Source: Eledone cirrhosa
Taxonomy: Eukaryota
DNA length: 64,000 bases
NCBI GenBank assembly: GCA_964016885.1
Contig: OZ024742.1
Coordinates: 115,506,001-115,570,000 of the forward strand
Reading direction: 5' to 3'
The position numbers and the translations under genes are program-made. The notes under the pieces were generated by a model. The model was not told the origin of the DNA. It ran no database searches and worked only from the letters and a program-made list of their open reading frames with translations. Numbering within the stretch: position 1 is the first letter of the stretch; every line of letters starts with the position of its first letter. Positions 38,460-51,850 of this stretch are shown here, one piece after another.

Positions 38460-39135
38460 CCGCGTCATCTTTCCGTCTGACTATCTCCATGGCCTCGTGT
38501 AGGCATAATCGGCGCTTTCTACTTCCAGCCGAATATGCCCTCTCATGACGAACGATACTCCATTCCAGGGCGTACAGAGTGCCTTAGTCTTTCAGGTCCC
38601 ACACCAGGTTCGCTAATCTAGTTGAGTGCTTTTGTTAGGGTTACTGAAGGAATTCGTGTGATTATACATCCGCGATTTAAAGATTTGTGATTATAAATCT
38701 GCGATTTAAAGATTTGCCTACACGAGGCCATGGAGATAGTCAGACTGAAAGATGACACGGTCAAACTGAAGTCTGAAATTATCATGACCTGCAGACACCA
38801 GAGAAGATGCACATTTGCAGCAGGGAATCTTCCGGGTGGCACAGGTCAGGAGAATGTGTTCGGGTACGCACAGACCCGAACTGCCCAACGGGATTAAGGG
38901 ACCTGACGCCATGCCCTGATGACATTGTGCGACACGTGTGGTAAACCCAGGTGCGCACCTGACCGAGCACCCAACATTGGGCAGGTACATCGCCTATGCT
39001 GGGACCGGCTAACACGGGGTCCACGATCGTCCAGTGAAATACCCCAAACCTATAGAACAGCACACCCCAGCCAGGGGGCATACCCCATGGTGACCGGGCC
39101 GAGCGTCCCCTTGAATGTGTCCCCTGTCATTCGTG
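38460..39135. mobile_element. Penelope-like element fragment (GIY-YIG C-terminus) with an inverted pseudo-LTR
   Basis: - strand 38712-38460: FKSRMYNHTNSF..RLANLVWDLKD*..LEWSIVRHERAYSAGSRKRRLCLHEAMEIV. + strand from 38715: CLHEAMEIVRLKDDTVKLKSEIIMTCRHQ. Both match the PLE C-terminal pattern FKxRYxNH..SF..LSxYIWxLK..WSI..CxLCLxE..KRSE..CRH. Confidence 0.8.
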
Positions 39136-39559
39136 AATATATACTCTCCACATATACCACGTTGGAACAATTATTATTACTGTTATTATTGTTTTGTTAT
39201 TGTTACTTGTTACGGACCTAAGTTTGCGCCTCATACTCCCTGTGTGTAGTATATCATAGGGATACACGCACCTTCTCCTGTACATCCCCCCTTTTTTATG
39301 TATCTCTTTGTGAAGTTACATACAGATTTTAACGTATTTTAACATATTGTGAATTTTTTTATTTTATTATCCTATTGTGTTTATATGTGTGTGTTTTATG
39401 TGTATTCCTGTGCGTAGGTATATGTATGTGTGTGTGTATGTAGATATATATATATACGTGGGTGTGTATGGGGGTGTGTATATGTGCATGTGTACGTATA
39501 TGCATGAGCTCATACGTGTGTGTGTGTATGCATGTACATGTATGTACATATGTGGCTGA

Positions 39560-39598
<39 letters not shown>

Positions 39599-39917
39599 GG
39601 TATAGCTGCGTATGAGTATGTGTGTGTATGTGGGTGCATATGTATATATATGTAAATGTATGTATGTGGGTGTGCGTACGCATGTAGAATTTTATATATA
39701 TATATATATGTGTGTGTGTGGATGTGTGTATGAAGTTATGTGTACGTATGTGTATTTTGTATGTATGTGTATGTATATATATGTATATATATATATATAT
39801 ATTAATAAGAGGAATTCCAACTTTGTCTGATTTACTCGTTTTATTTACAATCATTTAAAATATATAATGGTATTATAATGAAATAGTATGATAGAATATT
39901 AAATTCTAAGTGTTAAT

Positions 39918-39956
39918 TGAACAAGTACTTTCATGCTTTCGCAATCTTCAGGTTCA
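39918..39956 (-). ncRNA. Minimal type I hammerhead ribozyme, mirror copy
   Basis: Exact reverse complement of 40020-40058. Confidence 0.8.
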
Positions 39957-40019
39957 TAATATGTGGTGACAGTCGAGTTTGCAATTTTCAACTGCAAACT
40001 CGACTGTCACCACATATTA

Positions 40020-40058
40020 TGAACCTGAAGATTGCGAAAGCATGAAAGTACTTGTTCA
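40020..40058 (+). ncRNA. Minimal type I hammerhead ribozyme
   Basis: TGAAC-CTGAAGA-T-TGC-GAAA-GCA-T-GAAA-GTAC-TT-GTTCA: stem I TGAAC/GTTCA, stem II with GAAA loop, palindromic GTAC in place of stem III. Confidence 0.8.
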
Positions 40059-40226
40059 ATTAACACTTAGAATTTAATATTCTATCATACTATTTTATTA
40101 TAATACCATTATATATTTTAAAGGATTGTAAATAAAGCGAGTAAATCAGACAAAGTTGGAATTCCTCTTATTAATATAATCTTCTATACACAATCATACA
40201 CGCCCGTGTATATTTACCTATCTATA

Positions 40227-40269
<43 letters not shown>

Positions 40270-40270
<1 letters not shown>

Positions 40271-41015
40271 TGTGCATAGGTATGTGTGCGCGTGTATATG
40301 TGTCTATATGTGTATGTTTGCGTGGGTGTGTGTACACATATGGACAAATGTGCGTATATGTTTGTATACGGGTGTATATAAACGTTTGTGTATTGTATAC
40401 AGACAAGTGTGTCTGCGCGTGTGTGCGCGTTTGCGTGCGTGTGGGACCGGATGTATGGCGCGGTTTAGACAGGCGCTAATAGGCTTGTGGCGCTCCGCTG
40501 CTAGAAGTGAGTTTGTGTGGGTTTGTGGAAGAGAGGGAGAGGGTGTGCGTGTATATATGTGCATGGGGTTATGAGTGTCTACACATGTATGCGTACATAG
40601 GTGTATGCATGCATGTGTCTGTGCCTGCCCGTGTGTGTGGTGTGTGTGTGTGTGTGTGTGTGTGTGAGTACATACTCTGGAGTGGGAACAGACGTGTGAG
40701 ATACCGAACACAGCATGACTCCATTGAAGTGTGTCGGACGGAAAATGGCTGATGACCCGTGTAGCAGAATAGTGACAACTTATGCTGACTTAGAATAACA
40801 ACAGCCAATGGCATGACAAGAGTGGAAGATGCTTTTTAAGGTGTGTTTTGACGATAACACCCCAGTTAGAAAATTTGCTCCGAACGAACTACTCGTGTCC
40901 GAGGAACCTGCAGCCGTAGAATCAGCCAGTTCCATACAGTGATCATGTTCGCCGCCGAAACAATTATAACACACAATAAATTGTGTCCAGATGCAACACT
41001 GATTTTTCGTTTTTT
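40270..41015 (+). mobile_element. Penelope-like non-autonomous repeat, copy 2
   Basis: Shares GGGACCGGATG..GGCGCGGTTTAG and GAACAGACGTGTGAGATACCGAAC..CAGCATGACTCCATTGAAGTGTGT with copy 1, in opposite orientation. Confidence 0.6.
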
Positions 41016-41104
41016 TATACTATCCACACTCTGCTCTGTATGAATATTGAGTGCTAATTTTGGCATACCGCCTATGGAAGCACCATAGCTACCATTATAC
41101 ACAA

Positions 41105-41185
<81 letters not shown>

Positions 41186-41451
41186 ATATTTATTTATTTA
41201 AGTTTGTTGGTTCACCTGTGGATAGAACTGGTCATTCCGTATGGTCAACTCGATGTAGTATTATGTCGAGCAGCCAACGTAACGCAAATCACCTGTCTTC
41301 GTGTGTGTAGTTGGTGGTTCAAGTACGGAGTTAATTATTGTAAAATAACAGGAGGCTGACTGGTGTAATCCCTTAAAAGTTTTATATATATATATATATA
41401 TAGAGATACATTGTAGGTCGTTTTAACCCGTCTTTTATTATTCAAAAAAAC

Positions 41452-42079
41452 TTCTTGCCAATAAACATTAACCCTTTCTGCGCCATTCATCTTACTGTAG
41501 ACCAACAAATACCAAGAAAACGGATCGTTGACAAGAACGATGGCGAATGGATCTTCGAGGTAAGCAGTTTCTTCCCGAGCTGTTAGTTCACGCGGGATTC
41601 TCTGCTACACCTTTTCTTACTGCTGGTCACTCCCTCTTCCAAAAGCCGTACAAAGTGGATATGTGCATCGGGTAGATGGATCAGGTGCAAATCTACACCA
41701 GGCCTAAGCAAGAAATTCGCAAGGGACTGCACCGAGAGGGATAGAGAGAAAGAGTAACTTAGTGGAAAGTATGCGGATTTACTTTTGAGGTAGGTAGCCT
41801 GTAACCTTCTGCCAGCTTAACCTGTGACTTTCTCTTTCACATTTACTCCAAAAGGCCAAAACAGAGGAGTATGAAAAGAAGGAGCTCAACAATATTTCTA
41901 TGAACAATGCACGTAGACAGCTAAACTGTACTTTCAACTTCTTAATTTTCTCCAAATAAAACAAGTTTCCTGTCGGTATATTTTCTTCAGATTTTAACAG
42001 GCACCCACGAATAAACGTTTATCATTGGAGGTGTTATTACCAATGTCCTTACCCGTGCAACGCCGGGATACACTGCTAG
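41452..42079 (+). mobile_element. 3' part of a non-autonomous Helitron
   Basis: Ends with a CCCG-TGCAACGC-CGGG hairpin, then CTAG|T; homologous to 42645-43309. Confidence 0.8.
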
Positions 42080-43309
42080 TACATAGGTATAAAACTTTAG
42101 TTGTATGTGCGCGTGCGTGTGTGTGTGTGTATGTGTGTGTGTGTGTGTGTATGTGTGTGTGTGTGTGTGTATGTGTGAGTGTCCTCATTTTTGTAAAGTC
42201 TATACAAATCAACATTTCTACTCCGTTTGACTTCAAACTTGCATTTATATATTCCTTGTAGTCTAAAGCTATTAACTGCAGCTTTTATTTTTCAATTTTC
42301 TGTTGTTAAAGGGCTGTTAGGCGCTGGTTATCCATCTCCGTCACGCCCTTATAATATATGTATGTATGCCTGGCTCGCCGATTTACGACATTCTGATAAA
42401 CATTGATTATGTATTATGTTCGCTATTTTCCTTTCATTGCCAGGGAACGTATTCACTAACCAAAGTATCGTCTTCCTGTTTTCCTTCGGTTGCAACGTTT
42501 TTGAAATATTTACTTCTGCGTTCACAGATTGATTTTTTTAGTTTCAGAAGACCCCGTCAAGGGTGAAAGAAGCGATCGTTTGCTTAAACTTTAATCTGTT
42601 ATTTTAATATTTAATATAAGCGAGGCAAGCCAGCCCGGTTCCATTTCTTGCCAATAAACATTAACCCTTTGTGCGCCATTCATATCACTGTACACCAACA
42701 AATATCAACTAAACGGCGCCTTGACAAGAACGATGGCAAATGAATCTTCGAGGTAAGCAGTTTCCTGCCGAGCTATTAGTTCACGCGGGATTCTCTCCTA
42801 CACCTATTCGTAATAATACCGAACAACGTACTGCTGGTCACTCCTTCCTCCAATAGTCGTACAAAACGGACATGTGCATCGGTCAGATAGATCGGGTGCA
42901 AATCTACACCAGGCCTACGCGAGAGATTCGCAAGGGATTGCACCGAGAGGGATAGTTAGAAAGAGTAACTTAGTTGAAACTGTGCGAATAAACTGTTGAG
43001 GTAAGTAGCCTACGCCTTACTCCTATGACACTGGAACCATCTCGAATTAACCTGTGACTGTTTCTTTCACATTTACTCCAAAAGGCCAAAACAGAGGAGT
43101 ATGAAAAGAAGGGGCTCAACAATATTTCTATGAACAATGCACGTAGGCAGCTAAACTGTACTTTCAACTTCTCAATTTTCTCCAAATAAAACAAGTTTTC
43201 TATCGGTATATTTTCGTGAGTTTTTAACAGGCACTCAGAAATAAACGTTTCTCATTGGAGGTGCTATTACCAATGTTCTTACCTGTGGAACGCCGGGATA
43301 CGCTGCTAG
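42080..43309 (+). mobile_element. Near-complete non-autonomous Helitron
   Basis: 5' part homologous to 33950-34330; 3' end CCTGTGGAACGCCGGG...CTAG|T. Confidence 0.8.
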
Positions 43310-44563
43310 TATCCCTTAAATTTAAGAAGCAAAACCAAGAGACAGAGAGGTAAAGAGAGAGAAAAAAGGAGAGACAAATAGAAGAGGCAAATATCAAAAG
43401 AAAATTAATGAAAAGGAAAAAAAACAAAGACAGCGATAAAGCATTTAAAAAAGTATAAATTTAATATTCTCATATACTCTATCAATTCGAATATCTTATT
43501 AGTCATTGCTAAATCTTTGACATTGTATTACACATGCATTATTTGCTATGTTTTAAAGATCGGCTTTAAACCACCCTCTCCCTGTGGCTGGTAGTTTGTA
43601 CATTGCAAACAGTGATACCGTGTGTTTTCTGGATAATATCCAGAAGGACAAAAAGATGATTTTATACATAACACTGATAAAATAGATGTAAATGGGTATA
43701 GATATTCAAGGGTGCTTTGTCGGATGCGTTTTAAAAATTGAGAAAATTGTGTGAAATAATGCTGCATTGAAATTCGATAGTTTTCCCACACTGACTAATT
43801 ATGTTTTTGTTGAATGATTTGACTTATGATAGATTCTGAATGTAATGTATATCTATTATTTTTATTGTTGCTTGTTATTTTGTTAAGCCATCTGCTTTCC
43901 CATCTTACTTAATATCCGTACTTCATGGTATATAAACCATGTAACTTGTTCCATTTTAGATAATTAATTTTATTTAGCAGAACTCTCTCAATATGGCTAA
44001 CCGAGCTCTTTTTCCTTATTGACATTGTGTTAGGTCCGATAAACTATCAGTAATATCAAAGCTTTTTTCCCATATAAGATTCTACATGAGCCTATGTGGG
44101 ATAGAGTACCCCTCACTCTTCATCAAATATAACATCTTGGTGAAATGAATGATATCAAATGTATTATTCTTTGAATGATCGGGACGCCTCACAGCATGTT
44201 ACCCAATTATCAAAACAGATTGAATGTGTAATGTTGTGTTTCCGTGATTATTTTGTTTTTTTAAATATAACTTTGATCGCTTTAATTTGTTCTATCCATG
44301 AGATTAGACATATATCATGCTATGTTCGTATCCGTTTCTTAGATTATTTCGATTGACGATGAGTAATATATTAACCTGCTGTATGAAAATGGCTCTTTTG
44401 GGTGTAAATCCGAAACAGTCCAATACAGTTTGCTTTATTCGAGTACGAAATATAGATATATGTACACGCACGCACACACACGCGCACACACACACATACA
44501 CACAGGCATACACAGACACACATACCCACATTCACACACACACATTCATTCACATACACACAC

Positions 44564-44683
<120 letters not shown>

Positions 44684-47134
44684 CCAATACCTTTAGAAGC
44701 AGATAACTGATAGTTTTGATAATTTCATCGAGTCGAGGATTCTTTTTCCATTATTACTTTAAACGTGAGTGCTTTCCTACGATTATGATGAAAGCTCTTT
44801 TGATGATTCCCCCAGATATTACTGACATTTTATGATTCTTAAATATTTATAATCAATGTCCCTGCATTCCATTCATATGCGTTGCATTGATCACACTTAG
44901 ATTTGTCACATTAATGGAATATGCTTCGCTGAAGAAATAAGATAGAACAGAGCATTTACACTCTCTTCACGCCTAAGCATGTCATAGTCATCTATATTGT
45001 TCCAACATTTCAATCAACAGATATTATTGGATTTATCTCCCTGCGTGTTTCTTCTTTTTTTTACAGATTTAAAACCCAACGAAAAAATGTTTATTTACTA
45101 ACTGGTTGAACAACCTGAGGAGTTAAACATGTTTCAGCCTACAATATTACTCGTGTGTGTGTGCAGAACACTTCGGTCTTATTGTTTCCCTTGGTCATAT
45201 TTTTGATCCTATTGTCTAGGGTTTTGATGGGTAATGTTATTTCTTTAAATACTCAGTTTAAGATATTCGCATAATTAGCATGTAATGGTTTGGCTTTCTA
45301 TCTCATCGTCTTTTTGTCTTTGTATTGTTTATATTTGTTATGGAATGTTCGTGTTCATCTTTCAGAAGAAGTAAACTTTGTTGTCCCAGCTATTACTAGT
45401 CTTGTCATGTAGTGTGGCTGAGATATTTTATCACCTACCTCGCAATCTCATTATCTAAAACCGGAGTCACTTTGGGATTTGAAACAGCCGGAATATTACG
45501 TCTTCTTTTGCAATATATGGGTATCACATAACAGGTTATTACATTACTGCTTTATCGTAGAAGATAAATCTGGTAATTATGGTATTACTAAATAATGTTA
45601 ATTCCTGTCTTCATACATGGCAATGTAGTTCCAAAATAGAATCATTACATGCATTTAAACCATATTTGAGGATACTCTGGGGTTATTAACAATTACTGAA
45701 ACGGATCACTCAGAAATATACCAATGATTACTTGCTTCAATATACGTAGCAGGATTGTTTACATTCTTGTTCGGTGTTCATATAGAACAAGTGAAAATAA
45801 TATGCGCGCAAGAAAAGTATAAACGTTTCAGTCATATATTACCTCCAATACAACCACAGAATTGTATTTATGGAAAACAAAGTATTTCTACGACTAATTA
45901 CGTAGTGGCAGTTTATTAACCCCAACGGCATAGGTATCAGCTTTTTGCGTCACAGAGTCCACCCTATTTCAATACATGGAATATAGTATATTCTACTAAA
46001 ATTTTACAAATATGTTGGAGGGGTGTTGTTAAAAAGGGTGATTTTTGAAGTCAACCAGACACATAGGCCATAACAGAGTTTTAATCTAGACGGCAAACAG
46101 CCAGAATAGGTATCACAAGGCATCCAAGGAACGCGCCGAGAAAACATATTTTTTAAGCAGTCTTCCATATTTCATTTGATCTAAACAAATACATTTTAAT
46201 ATGTCTTTTCGTATCTATATATACAATTTTAGGAATGACTAGGTTAATCAAGTAAATATAACATACATTTTACAATATGTTAAGAGTTACAGTTTTAGTC
46301 ATGGGAATGATAATAAATAAAAGGATAATATAATAATATAGTCATAAAACGAAAGCAAAAGTCAGAAAAGGTGAAATATGAGGTAGCAGAAGTAAGGGGA
46401 AGAGTAGGCGCCAGATCTTATACCTTAGTCTGCGAGCAATGTCTTAGCTAAACCTCTTGCCATAAATATCACTCATTGACGATTACTATATGAGCTATCC
46501 TAACACATTGGATTTCATTCATCCTCGGGATGCTGTACACCTGAATATTTGGAGAAGAACGCTAGTTGAGAGATCGAGGACCTCCGATTTCTCTAAAGCA
46601 ATTTCCACCAAAAGGAAATGTCCGAAATGTACTTCTTGTTAGGTTTCTTCATTTGCTATGCGTTACTCGCAGCAGTACTCAGATTTACAATTATATTGAA
46701 GTAAAGAATGCAAATATGTATGCAAACGAAAACATTCTCATTTACCAGAGCATTTTCATCTGAATATAATTGTTTATTCAGTGAAATGTTGGATGGTGGT
46801 GATCAAGTAGATAAATTACGATATATGTTATCCTTAAGAAATCCGATTAATTCCGAATACTACTTTTACAGATATTATGCTCGAATTTTACAAAGAGGTT
46901 GAAGAAATTGCAGACTGATATATTCTGGATATTTTCAAGCCATCATATTTTGTGCGGGATAAGCGATATCCTGTTTAGTACGGGCTCGGGCTGGAGTTAA
47001 ATTTGGACAAAGTTCATCTAATTAGTCATTTTGCTTATCGATTTCGTATTAGCACTAACATTTGCCATTTAGTAAACATCTGGGCTTTCCACTTATATAT
47101 GTGGTTTAAGTTGATTCTAATGTTCATTATTTTT

Positions 47135-47314
47135 TGGCAGTATCGGTAGAGGGTCGGACGCCATGCTTTGCAGCATAGTTACGTCCCTTTACGGACTGAG
47201 TTCAAATCCCGTCGAGGTTAACTTTACCTTTCATCCTTACGGGGTCGATAAAATAAAGTACCAGTAATGCACTGGGTAATTGCTGGCCTTGTGCCTAAAG
47301 TAGAAACAATTATT
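47135..47314 (+). mobile_element. tRNA-derived SINE
   Basis: A-box, B-box GTTCAAATCC, core, tail GGCCTTGTGCCTAAAGTAGAAACAATTATT. Confidence 0.92.
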
Positions 47315-47318
47315 TTAA

Positions 47319-47513
47319 CAGGGCGGCAGATTGGTAGTATCGATAGAGGGTCGGACACCATGCTTTCCAGCAGAGAGTTACGTCCCTTTATGGTTCGAGT
47401 TCAAATCAAGCCGAGGTTAACTTTGTCTTTTATCCTTATGGAGTCGATAAAATAAAGTACCATTAATGTACTGGGTAATTGCGGCCGTGTGCCAAACCTA
47501 GAAACAATTATTT
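47319..47513 (+). mobile_element. tRNA-derived SINE, tandem second copy
   Basis: Aligns to the preceding copy. Confidence 0.92.
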
Positions 47514-48126
47514 TAACCGATTTAATATTTTAGGATGTAGTATTAGCCCAGCGTAGGGATAGACGCTTATCTAAATTCACCCCATCATTTTCCACATGCC
47601 TGGGGATATAAGTCCATGTCAGACATTTGGTCAATACGCGTCACTTAATCTGATAGAGAATGCAAACGAGTATGACAGTGGTCGATGGCTTCCTTGGACT
47701 ATGTGTCAACAGAAATTCCATTTCCAGGCCAAAGTTTTATCATAACCACATTTATAGTTTCTCCAAGGTCTTACGTTCCGAATATTGTAAGCAGAAGTTT
47801 TGCCCATAATTAATTATATTTGGAGTAGCAATAATAAATATTTTAATAACCGTATTACTAATAATGAAGGTAGGGATTTAATAATAATCATTACATTCTT
47901 AGCATTGCTGGTTTTGATAGAATTCTTAATTGAAGGGTTTTAATAGCAAATCATGTTCCTAATTATCCTTTTCATAGCAGATAGTAATCTCAAAGAAATG
48001 ACCAATATTAGTATAGTTGAAATGAGAATAGCATTACAATAATAACAGCAATGATGGCACATGCACACATTATAAATGATCAAGATTGTGAAAGCTGACA
48101 CAAACCCAGACATACATACATACATA

Positions 48127-48251
<125 letters not shown>

Positions 48252-48502
48252 TGCGGTGATGAGAATGAGAAGACCAGTAATCTGAGGAGATGCAGAGCAG
48301 GTATAAAGCTAGTTAAACTCCAAACGACTGCATCAAGCGTATTTGTTTTACCATCAAACATGCTCTAACACATCGGACATAAAAGTCAATGGGCAGAATA
48401 ATGTTGCTAGATGCAGGACACGCAAAACTACTGATTGCTGTGAAACAAGGCTGGCAAATTCATTCGTTATAATAAAGTCTTATCAGTCGACACGATGTAA
48501 AT

Positions 48503-48686
48503 AATTGTTTCTACTTTTGGCACAGGGCCAGCAATTAAAAAGTACGTTACAGGTACTTTATTTTATCAACCCCGTATGGAATAAAGGCAAAGTTAACCTC
48601 GGCGGGATTTGAACTCAGACCGTAATGGGACCTAACTATGCTGGAAAGCATGGCGTCCAACCCTCTACCGATACTGCCAATTCACC
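48503..48686 (-). mobile_element. tRNA-derived SINE
   Basis: Reverse complement aligns to 47135-47314. Confidence 0.9.
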
Positions 48687-49245
48687 GATGTAAATAATGA
48701 TTTGTTGACAGTAACGTTCAGCGGATATGTAATTGTTGAGAATTAAATTAGAGTTAGGAGTCTCAATATATTTTGAATCATGAATTCACCCTTGCCATAT
48801 AAGCCGAGGAACCGATCTCTCCAAACTGATTCTAACGAAAGTTTCCTTTATTTCAAAGATTTATCAATAGACGTGTATTCAAACAATTACCTATATTTAG
48901 AAACGTTGGGCGAAACCATTGAATAGGTAAACTCATAGTAAAATGGTTGACAATGGTGTACTGCACACAAAGGCAAATATCATCTGGCTGTGTACACCAT
49001 GGCCGTGGGATATCGAGGACTTATAGGTGTGAAAGAATGCGTGGCTATTGAATGTGCGTCTTTAAATGTGTATAAGGAACGTCAGTAATACAGAATCATT
49101 TTAAGTTATGTTGCGAATGACAGTCGCCTATGCATTGGAAACAATGAATATAAAGAAAATGATTGATTTTGCATGCTGAGAAACTGGGGACAAGGGACAG
49201 TGTGAAATTAAATGGTCAATTCATGGAATTGGTTGACAAAATATC

Positions 49246-49283
<38 letters not shown>

Positions 49284-49309
49284 GAGAGAGATATAGAGAG
49301 AGAGGGCGA

Positions 49310-49855
49310 GATGTACTAACAACACTATGTACACAAATTCGATGCGGAACATATACAAACTAGATGAACAAATAAGTGAAGATAATGCGGGAAGTAGGTA
49401 GGAAATGTATCCCATACCGTGAGGACCTGTGATATACTTGGGCAGAAGCAATATAAAAAGCGCCACGATAACGTGTGCTTAGCCTTCCAATGGTTTTTAT
49501 GCAAGAAATAAGGGTTTGAAACCATTGAGAAATGGGATCAGCACAAACCAGAGAAGGTCCCAGAAAATAAACCTGTGAAACTCTTGTGCTATTTTACAAT
49601 CCAGACAGATAGTGTTCTATAGAATATAAGGCCATACATAGCATACGTGGAAAAAGGTATTGATAGCAGGTGGTTTTTAATCGATGTAGCTTACCAAGGA
49701 GAATATTACATCAGAAAGCGCGAAAATTGAAACGTATACAAGCATGAGATTAGATATCAAGTGAATGTGGAATAAAGAAGCAACAGTGGGTTCTAATTGT
49801 GACTGGAGCACTTATGTCAGTGGCTGAAATATTCAAAAAAACATTGATAGAAGTT
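49310..49855 (+). pseudogene. Decayed R4/Dong RLE-domain fragment (distinct lineage)
   Basis: Hand translation: VSHTVRTCDILGQKQYKKRHDNV..W.LCKK..KWDQHKPEKV.EN..KLL..FTIQTD..RP..FLIDVA. Confidence 0.8.
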
Positions 49856-49859
49856 ATCA

Positions 49860-51850
49860 ATAGCCTCCATTTCGTGTAGTCAGTTCGATGTCATCGATGC
49901 TCTTTAACTCTCTTAGAGCGTCACAGGATTGCCTATTACTATTACTCTTCGTGACACAGGAATGGAGCTCGTCAAAAAGCTGCAACACCTGTTCACCGTT
50001 TAAGAATATCTGAAGATGCCATAGCCTCAGCGCATATTTGCGAATCATTAGTCACGGCATCTCAGTCCTCCATGTAGAGGGTGTTGTGGAAGACGGATCA
50101 CCTAACCAGTGGAACCTGAATAGGAATATGATACGAGGGTTAAGTGGTGAAAATGACAGCTGCGAAGTATGCGTTCACTAACTCTGCCCGATATGTCAGT
50201 GATAGCTTTCTCTCGTTCCATTTCTGGGTGAAATGGATCACCCTCCTCGCTACATTATCCCATTTCTTATCCACCTGGAGATCTGTTCCCAACCAAACAG
50301 TGAACAGCTTCACCGCTCCGTCCCTCCAGCGCCGAATACACTGTTGAATGTCATGGATTTGCCTCTCCATTTCATATTCATCTAAAAACGTGCCTACCAC
50401 CTCGAATTCTAAGGTGTTCCAATTAATAACAGTGATGTCTTCCACATATTCCGACGCAGCCATCCCACGACCAATTTAGAGCCAACGGCTCTGCATGTGC
50501 TCCAGATTCCGGAGAAATTGCTGCAGATTGAATAGACAGAAAAAGCAAGATAGAGGGTACATCGGAAGGACTGATGTGATCTGTTTCGGTTTCGAAAGAT
50601 GGTCATTTACTCTTACTACCGAGAAACTGCAACTGTGCGTTTCAACGATGCCACTTCTGAAAAGGTACGAAGCCAGCTAATTTGAGGACAGCCTCCATAT
50701 ATAGATGCTGGACACTATCGAAACTTTTGATTGATCTAAATTGTTCATAGCGACACCGAAGAGAGGTTTACTCCCTATCCTCTCTATGATATATCGCATG
50801 AAGTGGAACTTGTTGTGTATGGACCTGGTCGATATCGTGCATGTTTGGGCTTCCCATAACAGCTCCTCGAAAACAAGTTCCAACCTCTTCGCTAACACTA
50901 TCGCCAAAAAATACTCTATAGTGTGCAGAGATATGGGTCTAAAATTGTCTAAATTATCACTCTTTTTCTCGTCCTTCATCAGCAGGGTAAATACGCCCTG
51001 GCACACAATACTGAGAATATTCACGTTCTGATGCTAGGTAACTTTCGATTTATACAGCCAATCTGGCGTTCCCGAATCTTTCTGGCGAGGTAGGAACCTA
51101 AGTCAACCACCTATCCCTCCCGAACAATCGAGCAAAGAGTTGGTGAGAGGTCGCACATATCTGCTAGAAATCGTCAGCACGTGTACGTTTTGGACACCGA
51201 ATTGTGGATTTGTTACCAGGCTGCTCAACCGTTCCTCAGATACTTCGAAGAGCTTGCGTTCCCCCGTTTAATAGAGCAGGCGCTCTCACAATGTCCCTTT
51301 TGTGTTTCGTATCGAATAAATGATATATATGCATTTTCACCGCTAGCTTGTCTGTTGCAATTCCAATTTTAATTACGTCCTCTAATGTACATATCAGCTC
51401 CCCGTTCTTACTATATTTTCTGACACTACTACTATAGTGAAACCTATTGAGACTACTCTACTTAATCCCCTCACTTCAGAGCACAACATCAAATGTTGTT
51501 GACGAGGCCCCTGTCAGCTTACATTTAACTAAACTGATGATCGTGACCCTGTAGATTTTACACGCCGGAAATTACACGATAAACTTCCACCAAACAGACC
51601 CTAGCCTACAATGTCCATTTAGTTCGAAAATGGAAATAAAACAATTCTTATCGGAATAGGCAACTTTGGAAATGTTGACAATCTATAGAATCTCTATCTG
51701 CTGACCGAACGAAAGACATATCTAAAATGTTCTAGTGGACCCTTTGCGGTTGGACCATGTCTATACTAACGCTTTTGAAAAATGTATTCGGTATCTGTCA
51801 AACAGATGGAAGTGGCCCATCAGGTACTCCAGGCGTTTGGACGCACGTTT
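49860..51850 (-). mobile_element. Decayed L1/Tx1 LINE ORF2 fragment
   Basis: NFRPISL..VLAKRL..QTC..RSIH..MRYIIE..LDQSK; EYVEDITVI (decayed YADD); RKLSL..RAELVNAY. Confidence 0.85.

Larger units (their letters stand above)
39798..40178. repeat. Fold-back inverted repeat: 186-bp arms, 9-nt loop (head-to-head Penelope-type pseudo-LTRs)
   Basis: 39798-39983 is the reverse complement of 39993-40178 with 3 mismatches by eye. Confidence 0.95.

Noticed and set aside
41779-43194. Duplicated ORF MFYLEKI..KVQFSCLRALF
   Set aside because: Antisense to the duplicated Helitron block; no domain recognised and the C-termini differ.
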